A stretch of 56,555 nt of DNA, filler included, from Dirinaria sp. TL-2023a (Eukaryota): the NCBI GenBank assembly GCA_051941275.1. It is 5 parts of 5 records of this genome, joined end to end, with 100 filler letters (N's around TTAATTAATTAA, not from the genome) between each part and the next. Parts side by side here need not be neighbours in the genome. Positions count along the whole stretch, not along the records: positions 11,351 to 22,594 come from JAVEBF010000860.1; positions 22,695 to 33,930 come from JAVEBF010000861.1; 3 more parts are not named here. One strand, 5' to 3'. Of this stretch, positions 11,351 through 23,845 are shown piece by piece. A model generated the notes under the pieces. That model was given only the letters and a program-made list of their open reading frames with translations, did not search any database and had not been told where the DNA came from. Each line of letters starts with the position of its first letter. Position 1 is the first letter of the stretch. The position numbers and the translations under genes are program-made.

Positions 11351-11532
11351 AAGTAAGATAGGGCTGAAAGAATTTTGGTGGGCGTAACCCTAACCCTCGC
11401 AACAAAGTAGGTGACGCAACAAAGTAGGTGAATACGAGTAAGTATCCCATCGTCGAAGCTAAAAAAGAAGAAGAAAAAACATTCGTCCTGTTTAGTCCGT
11501 GCTCGAGGCAAATTATAATCTTTTATCGGGGA

Positions 11533-12204
11533 TCAAGTTGAATTGTAGCCCACAGGCCACTTGAAGATATAAACTCTTGAAATTGACAACTTGAAATCGT
11601 ACGCCCATATCTCAAATTCGCCTTCCATCGCCCCGAAATGGCTGACGAGGTAGCAGAATTCTTTCATCGCAAAATAAGCAGTCTCTCTGTCCAAAGAATC
11701 TGCGTGCCGGTCTTGATGCGTGTTTAGCGGAACAAGATTCATGAAAATGCTATAGTCTGCAGCATATAGGTCGCCGAGCGATTGATGCTCCCAGTGCCGG
11801 TCGCTGATTATGGCGGCTGGAGCAAGCTGCTTCAACCATCTAAGCATTTGATCGCAGACAAGAACGGCGAGCTCCTTGGCGTCGTCACCGTAATCATTAC
11901 GGTCGTTGCTGGTTATCAGTAGGTACTGATTTCCTCTTCGCTTGGGGATGTTGGCCCTAAAAGGACAAGGAGGCCAGATGAAGGAACTGTAATGAAGAAT
12001 TACTCGCTGTGGGTGGTAGATTTAAGTTACAGTAAAAGCAACGAGCTTGACTTACGCCACATTGACCTCGCTGGCATCTGCTGGTTTAAGCGCACTCGAG
12101 GTCTCGGAGTAATTTAAAATGCTTGGTCGCAGTAAACTAGAAGCAAGACCGAAATCAAAGAAGAATAATGACAGAATAGCAAAGACGAGGCTGGACAGCT
12201 GCAT
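11533..12204 (-). CDS. Small secreted protein of unknown function (~200 aa)
   Basis: Exon 1 (12204-12056) encodes a signal peptide MQLSSLVFAILSLFFFDFGLASS. Intron 12055-11987 (GTAAGT...TACAG) joins in frame to exon 2, SFIWPPCPFRANI...KWPVGYNST*. The branch point is weak. Confidence 0.65.
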
Positions 12205-13671
12205 CGTCCGTCCATGCGAAAGAGTCTATTGAGAGTAAGAAAAAGGTTTCCACCATCTTGGAGTGATAAAGGGAGGTTAGATTGTTCCTGATCTTGATTT
12301 TGCTTTCCGGGCTAACTATATTGGTACGGATGGGCTACTGAAGCACCTTGGGTCGCCTGCTAGAGCGTTGCGATTGCCGCTAAATCTTGCATGCGACGAG
12401 TACGAGCGATTACCCCACACATCAAGAGAAGCCTTGCCTCGCTTCAAAGCTCCATATGTATGGTTTCTCTTCCTAGTCATGAGGTCGTTAATACACGATC
12501 ATGACGCGGCTTAGGCCAATTCTCTCACGTGATCACTGAGTGGTTGGGGTGACTAGGATTCGCTACGCGAATGAAGAAACTAAGGGAGTTGACGATTGGC
12601 AAACAGTAGAATTCTAGCATGGACAGTCGTGAAGTCTGAATCCCGCTTCAGAATATCCGAGGATTAGTCTTAGAGCATAACATCATCGTCCTTTGAGCGT
12701 ATTAAAGGCTAAATCCTAGGGCACCAAGTCTCGACTCCCTTTAGAAAATGTTCGTAATTCCGGTTACGCTTATCGCGCGGGTTATAACCTCAAACATTGA
12801 CGATTTCTGTAATTACATTTTAGCTTATGAAGTGACAGCCGCTAGACCTTGATTCGCACGCCGCAAGGGCTAGTTGTAAGGTTTGAGACAACTTTGTAGC
12901 CTTCTTCACCGTTGTTCTCGGTCCCTAAGGCTTACAAGAACGTGACTGCTGTTGTAGTTTACATCCAAGCCAACAGTTTACAGCATTGTACTTGGCTATC
13001 CACACTGGATAACGCCTCGTGCACAACGCTGGATTGCTAGTTTGAGAAAAGTAAGTGATCTTGGCGTGTAATCGAAATTTCAGGTTTTAGAGCGATCAAG
13101 TCGCCTTCGCAGGCGCACAATTCTGCTGTAAGCAGAAACCGGGAGAAAGATATACCATTATCGGCATCGCACAATTTTAGTGTCACAACCATCTTAAACA
13201 CCGATATCAACTGCGAGATTTGGTTTAGTGTGTCCTTAACAGACCAGAGCTTGATGTTGTCATGGCCACACTTCTAAGGCAGTTGAATTCCCCTCATCCC
13301 AAATGCCTCTGCCCAGTGAAACCTTCAAAGCTTACCATAGCGACCTATATCTCACAACGAGTGCTTAGGAGCACTGCTTCCTTTTCTTTTAGTTCCCGGC
13401 AATGAAGCGTCAAGTGGTCGAAAGCCAAATATAGAGTTAGATAGTTGCAGCGCTCCGATCCAAAGCAACGGTGATTTCTGGAATGTTAATCAATACGTAG
13501 TGCAATCGACAGACCCAAGAAGCACTCAGATGGACGAGCAATGCTCATCCAATTCTATATTCTAGATTTTAGTATCAAAGTAGCGTAGAGTTTTCGCTGT
13601 AAGAATGGTGAGAACTTCCAGTCTAGTACAACCATCCATGTATCTCACCATACAGTACAGCTGTAGCCGAT

Positions 13672-15878
13672 TTACTCGGATGTCACGTTTTTAACAGGTT
13701 CGTATGCATCCGCCTCTTCAATTTCGCTAACATCCGACGTCCGTGGGCCTGGACTTCGAGTCTTAGTAACGCCAAAACGCTCCTCCAAGAATACACGATC
13801 CATATCCTCCAGGCTTCTCCGCGCTGTCTCAGGGTAGAAAAGATACGTAATTGGTACAAAGCTAGCATTGAGCACGGCCCATATGATATATAACTGGTAA
13901 CCAAGATTATCGATCGCAGTCGGGGTGACGTAGACGACAACAAAATTGGACAGCCAGTGAGAGCCCACACCAAGTGCTACTCCCTTATTACGAGTCCGAA
14001 GCGGCATTATCTCGGACGCGTACATCCAGCTGACTGGCAAGATGCCCCAGGAGAATATATCGAAGAAGAGAAAGCAGAAGGCCACGAAAACCCATTGCGA
14101 CTGTAAAACTATCAGACGTGCCTTACTTTAAAAGCAGTGAATGAGAACTTACTGCGAGCGTATCAATCTTAAGCATGATTGATATCATTACCATGCAGAA
14201 TGAACAGCCAGCAGCACTTAGTATCATGACTTTTCGGCGGCCGGCTTTCTCGATGAAGAGGTACGGCCTGAGGCTCATTAGCCATAATACTACACATGTA
14301 GAGAAGCTAGGTCGCATACAGCCAGGAACACAGAAAATACTGCAAGCCAAGAACACCAGAGATGATCAGCGCCAGTTGAGTGGACAGGCCAATGTTACGT
14401 TCGAAAGTAATTGGAAGGAAATAGGCCAAAGAATTGATTCCAGACCATTGGTTGAACCTGGGTTGAATTGTAAGCTATAAATATTACCTGCAGTTCAAAG
14501 CACTCACATGTATGGTCCAGCACCGAGGAGGACCCGGCTCAGGTTACGATTCTTGCCTTCGGTAAAGACTTCAGCCCACGAAGCTTCGCCTAGTTCTCGC
14601 TCTTGCCGGACTGACGCAACAACGGCGTCTCGTTCACGGATGATCTGTTCGTCGTTGACAGTAGCCGTCTTACCCTCTAGTCGCGCAAAGACCTCGGTAG
14701 CCTCTTCAACCCGGTCATGTTGAACCAACCAACGCGGAGACTCTGGCAAGAGAGGAAGCATTCCGAGGATGATGACTAGGAAAAAGCCTTGAAAAGCGAT
14801 GGGCCATCTCCATGCAAATGAAGATGGGTCAGCCTGGCTACTGGCGAGGCCCATAAATGTGCTTAGGGGATGTCCAAATGCTATCAATGCGCTTTGGATG
14901 ATAAGCATGGCCTATATCATGTTAGTATGGTTTCAGGACTTATATCCCGATGGCACGTACACCACGATTATGGCTTTTGAAACTCTCAGCCTGCCAAATG
15001 GGCACATTCACAGTATTGATGCCGTTCCCAATACCAGTAACGATACGAGATAGAATCATCTGAATTTTTTCGGTAGCGGAGGTTTGGAGTATGGTGCCGA
15101 TAACCATGATCCAACTTCCCCACATGATACTCCCCTTGCGACCAAAGCGATCCGCGGTAAGAAACGCAACGATTGCACCGACGAAACATCCTATATCGTA
15201 TATAGCGGCAATAATACCCTCGAGGTTTCTGTTGGGATTATCAAATTCCTCTCGAAACGAAGGAAGGCCAATGACGGCCCCCAAGACCCCCTGATCGTAA
15301 CCGAAAAGCTATCCAATATTTTCAGTCGAAGGGACCCACAAAATGAAAGCAATAGACTCAGAGAGCTTCGGCATGAACATAAACTTCGTATAGTAGAATA
15401 ATAAGACCAAATCTTTGATAATGAAGGGAAAAATTAAATTGGCGGTACCAAATGAATCGCGCAGGAACTTACCAGAAATGCGACACCACACACGCCAGCA
15501 ATCGTACCCCTCAAGGCAGATCCGGTGAGATTCCCTCTGCACATTGTAACAAAAGCCGGTGAATTTCTTCAGAAATAGTTTAGTTAAAAGTCGGATGCAA
15601 GAATAAGTAGCAGTACGTCTGCGAGGGATGGGGTGCGGGACAGTGTGTTTATCATCTCAGAAACCGCAGCAGGCCAAGCCATACCTAGCATCCCCATCCA
15701 CACCATGAAGCAGAGGGGCTTCACTATCGTCATATTCGCCGAGGGAGTCATTGCCGCTGTGGTGCCCAGAAGCATGGCGGACTGGTCTAGCATCGTCGGC
15801 GCTAGTCGGAGCGAGGACTCGCAATGACCATTGGGACGGCAATAGGCGGCCAAGCTGCCAGCGCGCCAAGCGCGGCAT
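13672..15878 (-). CDS. MFS sugar porter (hexose/polyol transporter family)
   Basis: Motifs LFGYDQGV, ADRFGRK, RIVTGIGNG, PESPRWL, NQWSGIN, EKAGRRK, YPETARRSLEDMD. Introns at 15472-15309, 14960-14912, 14507-14458, 14319-14268, 14152-14101. Start is either ATG 15544 or an upstream exon 15878-15685. Confidence 0.9.
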
Positions 15879-18800
15879 CGAAGCGACTCTTTCACCAGCT
15901 AAGATTGAGCACTGTGTCGAAAGTGTATACAAATGCAGTCACGAGATGAAGAAGGAAAGAGGCAAAAGCCTTGTTCGACCGTAGGATTCTTGGCGCCAAG
16001 AGCGGCAAAGTATTTCCGCTCCGATCGAGGCGGACGCCAAGTGCACCGCCTTCGCTAACGAGGCGAAGATGTGACGTGTTGGTGGTGATTTGACTTTCAT
16101 GCAACCTCAAGATCTAATTACATTATTAGCTTTGACCTGTCTCTAATCTCTTGTATCAACTATGTAATGCTGAAGCAGTATGGCAAGCGTTGATGACATC
16201 AACGGGCCGAGGCTTTCAAAGCAGTAACACCGAGAAATTTTATTAGGGTTAGGGTTGTTGCAAAGAAGCTTCCCACCACCTCCCAAATACCTCCTCAAAA
16301 ATGCCTTCCATCACTGTCAACACAGATTAGTGATTGCTTTATCTCACTGGCTCATATACATCATTCAAAATCGTTTATAAAGATTTTGTATTGGGCAGTG
16401 ACCTGGTTTATACTCATCTAACTGTCGAGGAGATCTATATGTCTTATGTTACGAAACGACGTCGAGAATGCGACAATATGTGAACCAGTAATTGCAGCAG
16501 TGATCATGCACCAGGTGGACACTTTATTCAAAGAACATCATCATAATGTGTACATTCCCGGCGATTGTCGATGACGAGAATTTTTACAATCCGAACTGGC
16601 AACCCTGACTGCAAAACTCGGCATTGAGGGGATCTTGGCAGTCATCGGGTAGGTGACCTTGAGAGGAAGCTTAAGACCGCGCGATCCTTCAAGTCTCATT
16701 GTAGAGCAATGCGCAGAAGCCTGAATCTCTTGAAGTGTAGGCTTAAGGAGAATCGCTGAACTCTTTAGGGTAGCAACAACGGCGGCTACAGGTCAATCTC
16801 AAGTTCGGAAGAGGTTGAAAAAGAGATATTAGCCTCTCCGTTTGAGCCACAAGCTAGGTACCTAAAGAACGTGCTGCATGGCAACACCATCTGCACCTCT
16901 TTTCCGGCACCCTCAGAATTGACGATTATATCCTATCGCTTCCTCTGTCACAAAGGGCGTGCTAAGACATTTGCCTTTAATAGCCACTATCAGATATATT
17001 CTCGCTATTTGAGATATCAATTTGCCAAAGAAGCGAAGCTTAAAATCGCTATTTTGCTTTTTTCATAATTCGATACATCTGCTATTCGCGAAAAGGCACC
17101 TTAGGTCTTCATTGTTCCTCGATCGAGATGAAGATGCCGTGTGGTACCCAGATACGTTGCAAAGAAGATGGCTATCGATCTCTGCTTACCCAATGCCCAT
17201 GGAGCTTCGATGTTGAGAATTTTTCAGGAGCTGATATTGGTGCCACGATTTACGGTGTTTTTTCTCTTCTACGTCAAAGCCCGCCAGAGAAGCCTTTGTC
17301 AGCGGTTTATCGTGAAGTCGTCTCAGTGTTTGTTAGGTCCTTTCGGTTTCGTCATTCACGAACTAAATCATCAGCGGCTCCGATTTGGGACATGCTCCCA
17401 CGAGATCGGCGACCTGCAACTCTGCATTCGCCCTTTCTGGTCGAGCTGCCCTCTCTGTGCAGCTCTGAGCCTAGAGCATGTTTCAGGTTGCACATCGCAA
17501 TGCTTTTCAAAAGCATAACCCAATGCGGTGTCTTTCCCCACCAGGGGCGGTCATACATGGACGAGCATGTTGGCTTCTCATGCGGCACGTGTGTCGTTAC
17601 GGGCGACCTCTATTATCATTGTGTTCTCTCACAACCTGCTTTGTGATGCTGATGTGGCGGGAGTCAACTTTGTCTTGCTAGCGGGTTTTAGCAAGGTAAA
17701 TATGGATGGTACGATATCCATACCGCGCGGACAACCACTGCACTATGATTGCTGTTTTTCTCTTTCGGCAATATCGCATGGCGCGTCAGACCGCGAAAAG
17801 AGATCAAACTTGTTGACTGTCACCGAAGAGATCAGCCATCCTTCACCTATATTTAGTCAAGATATCGGTAGCATGCTTGAAGATACGCATTCTGGTGTGG
17901 AGCTACGATAGTTACCATGATCGCATAGTTTTGATTTACCCCGAAAGCATACATAGCTTATGGAAGTCAGTCGCAGCACTTTATGCAATTGACTGTGACT
18001 CGGGGATACTCGCGGTTCATTACTTTTGCAAAGCTTCAAACACGCGAGCTTAGTATCAGCATCACGAAGTTTTCTTATATTGGTCTCGCTGCGGTTTTTT
18101 TTTCTATTATCCTCGGCGGATGCCCATTCGCTGCGCTTTAGCGCTTTACAGTGCTTTCGAAAGAGGAATTAGGAAATTCGGAAATTCGAGGCTGCCAAAA
18201 GATACCCTCGAGCAGCGGATGCATTGTTCGAGTCTCATCAAGTAAAGAAGCGAGCAGCAGCATCAAAACCAACTACTGGCGGAACTTTTGCGCTGTTTGT
18301 CAATGGCGAGGCTGTGAATGCTGTATAATCCGGCTATGGCTTCGATCTCGGCCTCGGTGTCTTCCTTTTCGCTCTAGGACTCATGGCCGGGGATTATTTC
18401 ATGACAGGCAAGTATACGATTGGTGGAGCTGATTCGCGTCTCCCCAATACATTTCGCCTTGCTGAAGGTCTATGCAACACAGGGTGTTCGAGATCGATGG
18501 CAGCATCATCCGGAAGAATCAATTTCTGCAACACTGCCAATGCTCCCTCGCAAAGATGAAATGAGTACGTGAATAAGCCAAAGGCACAGGGCAGTCTATC
18601 CATTTTTCAAACGAACGCCTTAAACACCAGGTTCTGGGAGGATAAGTCCTTCAAAACCGAGCCAGACCTTTCTACTAGCGTATTCCGGTTTGCTGTATGC
18701 CACGCGGAACGGGCTTTTGTTTATACTGGCGTGGGGAATGGTACTATCAGTAAACTTGGTCGAAACGGCGCTGTTCCTTTTACTCTCGCGTGAGCTTTTC

Positions 18801-20255
18801 AACAGACACGCCAGACTTTCCTAACGAGCCCTCACTCTCTTGGTGGGTACCAGGGAGTGGGCAATTTCGTTTTGCTCAAATCTGGAACCGACTTGGTGAA
18901 GAAATCGCCAGCCCAGCTTGGTTGCTGTCTTCTGGAAAACTTACTTGATGTTACCCCCAATCAGCTATACCCTGTCATCAACAACAATTATAACCTATAC
19001 ACCAGAATTATTAAAGGCAAGCTGGATACAAAACCCTGATATTTCCTCTGTGACATGCGGTGCTGACGGCTATTTGCTCAAGCCGTCATAGCTCCATTCT
19101 TCATCAATGATGGTTATTCAATCGTCCAGCTGCTACCCTGTTCACAAAACCAGGCCAGAATTCTGCCCAATCAAAAGCAGGCGTAAGCGCCTCAGGCTCG
19201 CCGGTAGGTGTTACTTTCTCCGATGGCTTTAATGCTGTCACTGACGTAGATGCAGATTAATGGCGCATGCCCTGGAATTTGAGTCATTTGACCGAATTCT
19301 CAACAAATTTGCCTTGTGGCGGGTAGATCATGAAAGTTTTTTTTGGCACTGGCCGCTACCAACAAGCCCCGATACTAGAAACTGGAGCACTTCTAGTGTC
19401 CAGCATCTGTCTCGGCGATGCCTATATTTTCAGTCACCTTCTTTACTACACTGACTCTGGTTTAGGTTCAACACCAAGGCAGGTCTATAAATAAATTGAC
19501 GAACGAGTTACGTTTGTATTGTTGTCGGCATATGCTTTTGGTCGAATCTATAAAAATCGTCACAGCTTGTTGATAATTCCGTGTACCATACGGTGGTCGA
19601 AGATCACTGGCAGCACCGATGCGGTAGACCTTGCTCGGGTTGGTGTTATATTTCTGTAAAAGGTTCATATCTGTTCGTACCATATTGAGTGTTTTTCTTC
19701 ACGGTCGAGGATAACTCGGCATGTGACCCCCTGGTAAGGAGATTGCATCCTTTGAATCACTCAACTACTACGTTACTAGTATACCAATGTACTTCTCTTT
19801 CTTTCGCTTTTCGATTATTATTTCAATGATACACCACATGTTTTTGAAGGCAAGTCGTCTGTCTTTCTTTTTCATACAATGTAATACCCACAATACGGCA
19901 CATGGTGAGCGGGATATGCCTCGGTATGTCTCTGCGTGGCTTGGGAATATGAGCCAGTGGTGTGCTCTTCCATGGTAGAAGTCTTGCTATAACTTAAAGG
20001 GTCAATATTTCTACAGAAATGCGCGATTTACGGGACGTTGAGTAGATCCACTCTCACCGAAGGTGGGAACATATTTAAACTCCCTCTCGTGCCCCCTTAT
20101 CTTCTACTGGTATCAGCTACCAACTTCAACTCCGTCATACCCACTGCGCTATACTTTTTCTTTTCTCTCTAAGAACCATACTCCTTCGTAAGAAAATATC
20201 CCACATACTATATAAGAAATACACGGTACTATATAGAAATTACACATTTGTAAAG

Positions 20256-21310
20256 ATGGCGCACATCGAAATCATCTCCACTCAATTTGCTAAAATCATT
20301 GTTGAATCCTCAAAGCCTTCAAATCCGATCCAAAAAACTACTCAAGCCGTCGCAGCCCAACTCACCACTCTGACGCTGGGCTCATCGAAACCTTCAAAAC
20401 CGAAAAGGAAAGCATGCTTCGCACTAGACGCCGAAATCGACTCCTTGATCAACAAATTCATAACATCAATATCAGTCACCAACCGCTTCGCATGCTGCCA
20501 AACCCCACGAAAAATCGCCGGCATAAAAAGACGTCTCGAACAACCTACAATCGAAGCGCAAGAGTCAGCCCACAAAAGAAGAAGAACAGAGCAAGATCCA
20601 GCGACCCTAATAGCCTTCGAAGATGCGCAAAAAACCACCCTAGAAGTCTACGAAACCCGTCTCGACTACCCCTCCCCCTACAGCTATGCCTCTTGCCCCG
20701 TTGTAAAATCCGTAACCAAAACGATCCTCGAACAACAACAGGTCAAACACCTCTCTTCGCGGGCTCAAATCGAAGCATATTCCCATCTCCTCAAAACCGC
20801 CAGCCTGCCGTCTCTCCCTTACTACCTCGCCCTTTTCGGCCGCAGCATGCAATTAACTCGCTCTGCCATCGCGAGAGAGATCGCGGTCCACGACAGGCGC
20901 GAGCGGGAAATCAAAAAGACAGGCATTGAATTGCGAGTCTACAATTCTTTGAAGCAGAAGGCGAAGAGAGATGGGGATGCGAAGAAGAGTGGGTTTCGAC
21001 GGAAAGCGCGGTATTGTAGACGCCGGGCTCGGGATGAGCAGAGGGGTTTGGAGAGGGTTGGAAAGGAGATTCGGGGGTTGAGAGTTGTGGAGAGGGGGTA
21101 TCTCGCGCTGGTATGTATATCTATCGGAGTTAAATACTTTGGGGGGGTTTTTTTTTTTGGTGGGGTCGAGGGAGAGATGTGCTGATTTTGAAATTACAGA
21201 TTGAACAGTGCGAAAGGCGACTAGGTTGGAAACCGGATTTGGAGAAGCTATATGACGATTTGCAGAACCTGGATGGGGTTGGTAAGGAGGAGGAGGATAT
21301 GGGTTTCTGA
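20256..21310 (+). CDS. Hypothetical basic protein (321 aa)
   Basis: Exon 20256-21110, intron 21111-21199 (GTATGT..GCTGAT..CAG), exon 21200-21310. Arg/Lys-rich C-terminal half; TATA-like elements upstream. Confidence 0.65.
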
Positions 21311-22594
21311 GCTGGCCATTGGCTGAAAGCGGTTTTGGAATGGATTTTTTCTTCATGATGTTCGGAAGTGCAGAGGTAGCAAGATGTATAACGGCGCACG
21401 CAAATATTCATTAGCGGTTTTAACCTTTCATGTCGATAACTTGTGTAAGAATAATCAAAATCATTCAAATAAATGACTCGAGAAATGTAAGCTGCGTGGT
21501 ATGATGCGCATGAACAGGATCTATACCGCAAAGCAAGCACAAGTATTAATATCATCCACGTTTTCTACTACTAGGTTCCACATTTCCTAATCAACGCACC
21601 CGAATACCAGACCTTGATATCGCAATTCTCCATTTATCAATTACACGTAACATCATTCTTCAAGATCCATTCCAGCACTCACCCCCCACAACCCAAAGCC
21701 GCAATCCAACGCTCCTTCTGAAGGAGTATCTTACACGTAAAATCCCCTCCTCACCACTCTAGTACTAAACACCTTCCTCCTCATCTATACCCCAAAACGA
21801 CCACTTTAAATCAACTTCGATTCCACTACTCTCGAAATCCCCTACTGACTTGAGAAACAAAAGCAAAAGCAGATTGTAGCTCCACGCCAAAAGAGAGAGG
21901 CGTGTCAGCCCATCCAGGAGCATAGTTCATGGTCGCGATGGAACGTACGGAGATTTTTCTGTTTTTAGGATGCTGACTGAAATGATTGTGCTGTGGGAGG
22001 AATCAGTTCTGATGCTTGATCTTAAGTCGTATATGTGATGAGGCTCGGGCTTCGGGTTGTTTTCGACTTAGTAACGTCCTCGGGTTATTCTCCGAGGCGT
22101 GAGTGTTCTCATGTCGCTAGGGCAGGTGCTATGGATTAAGTTAGCGATACAACGAATTCATGTCCAAGAGAGATTCGGCCACGTTGAATTTCGAAACATG
22201 ACAGATTATTGCCCATGACAAGTCCAAGAGGAGAGCAAAGCTTTCCTCCAAGAAACAATTCCTCGCAAGTCCAATCGCAGGGTTGCTGATGTGGCGCATC
22301 CAACGTTTGTCGCGTACTCCCCTGCAGATTGGATTGCTCTCAAGAGAGCTTTTTCTTTTCACATAGATCCGACGTTCAGAGATCGGGTCGCTTATCTCAT
22401 GCATGAAATGTGCAACCCCCAATCTCAAATCACCGACATGGCGCGTGTGATACAAGCATACCATCCATCCCATCTCTACTTTTGAAAGGATTAAAAAAAA
22501 TAAAAAAAAAGGGAAAAACAACAACCAAAAGGGCAAACCTTCACTCTCGTTTTTCACTCCTACACTATGCTCTCTACCTCCTTCATCCCAATCC

Positions 22595-22694
22595 NNNNNN
22601 NNNNNNNNNNNNNNNNNNNNNNNNNNNNNNNNNNNNNNTTAATTAATTAANNNNNNNNNNNNNNNNNNNNNNNNNNNNNNNNNNNNNNNNNNNN
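22595..22694. other. Artificial contig-joining linker
   Basis: N44-TTAATTAATTAA-N44. Confidence 0.98.
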
Positions 22695-22739
22695 AAGAGT
22701 CCGTCGAGGAAGAGTCGAAAATGACACAGAGAAAGCGAA

Positions 22740-23845
22740 GTCAAAAGGTTCGAGTACCGTCGTGAACTGGTTTAGCAGGTGTTCCGACGTCGAATTTGAA
22801 TACCTTTCCTCCATTCTTCGTGTCCGACTTCAAAACCCACCATCCCTCTTCATCTGTACGCCATCGGCAGCATGATTAGGCAACGGCTCAAATTATAAGA
22901 AGGATATGCTGGGAAGAGTGGAGGACTGTTGTGATCTGGTACAGCAGGTGATCCGACTCAACCAAGAACCACTCCCACATTGACACATACACCATCGGCA
23001 ACATGAGCAGGTCACAGCTCAGCCATGAATAAGAAGAGCTAGAGGGAGTGAAGAACAATCGAGATCTGGCATCGCAGGTAATACGATTATAACTTAGACC
23101 CACTGTCACCTTGACATCCTCTGAAGCATCTTTCTTTTCGACACTACATTATCGACAAAACGAGCATCTCAAAGAAGAGACACGGACCCATTCTCGAATC
23201 TTATACTTCATCGATGAGCAAAGCAGTTCGAGCAGGTCACAGCTCCACCATCAAATCATAGATAAGAAGAAGAACGTATGCTGGGAACAGTGAAAGACAA
23301 TTATGATCTGGCATAACAGATGATTCGATTATAACTCAGAACCACTCCCACGTTAGCATTCTCTGGAGCATCTTCTTATTCGACATTGATTACCGACAAA
23401 ACGAGCACCCCAAAGGAGAGGCATGAACTCGTTCTCGAATCTTACATTCCACCAATGAGCAAATCACAGTTCGAGCAGATCACAGCTCAATTATGAAGAA
23501 GAGTGGATAAAAAGCATACATGCTGAAAGCAGTGAAGGACAGTCGTGATCTGACATAGCAAGTGATCCGACTATAACCCAGGACCACTCCCAGATGAACG
23601 TCCTATGAAGTAGTTTTCTACTGCATTTACGACTACACGAGCACCCCAAAGGAGTCATACTCGTCCTTGATACATTAAGAAGAAGGGTCAGAACGATTCG
23701 AAGTACTGTCGTGAACTAGCATCGTACATACAAATGATCCGACGTTGAACTTGAACGCATCTCCCTCATCACTATTCGATCAGAGGACTGCTTTGCACCT
23801 GTGCCGATCCATCATCTACAGCTAGAGCAGGTCACAGCTCAGCAA
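22740..23845. repeat. Degenerate tandem repeat array, units of ~225-245 bp with sub-repeats
   Basis: Anchor GAGCAG(G/A)TCACAGCTC at 23005, 23230, 23473 and 23825. Recurring blocks GATCTGGCAT..TGATCCGACT..ACCACTCCCA and ACGAGCACCCCAAAGGAG. Confidence 0.85.

Noticed and set aside
11385..11398. TAACCCTAACCC near a contig start (also TTAGGGTTAGGG at ~16243 and TAACCCTAA at ~46053) as telomere or alternative TER template
   Set aside because: Two repeats at most and not terminal arrays. They sit in short intergenic or promoter contexts with no pseudoknot that I could find, so they are more likely telobox-like sites or chance.
16400..18300. Several short overlapping ORFs (e.g. 17128-17646)
   Set aside because: No domain, splice consistency or codon-like pattern that I can support.
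21570..22485. Fragmentary coding-like stretches on both strands
   Set aside because: Interrupted by stops with no identifiable family; cannot be supported as genes.
22900..23845. CRISPR-like array (recurring 16-mer with intervening sequence)
   Set aside because: The intervening sequences are homologous to each other and ~225-350 bp long, the context is eukaryotic, and no cas genes are present.
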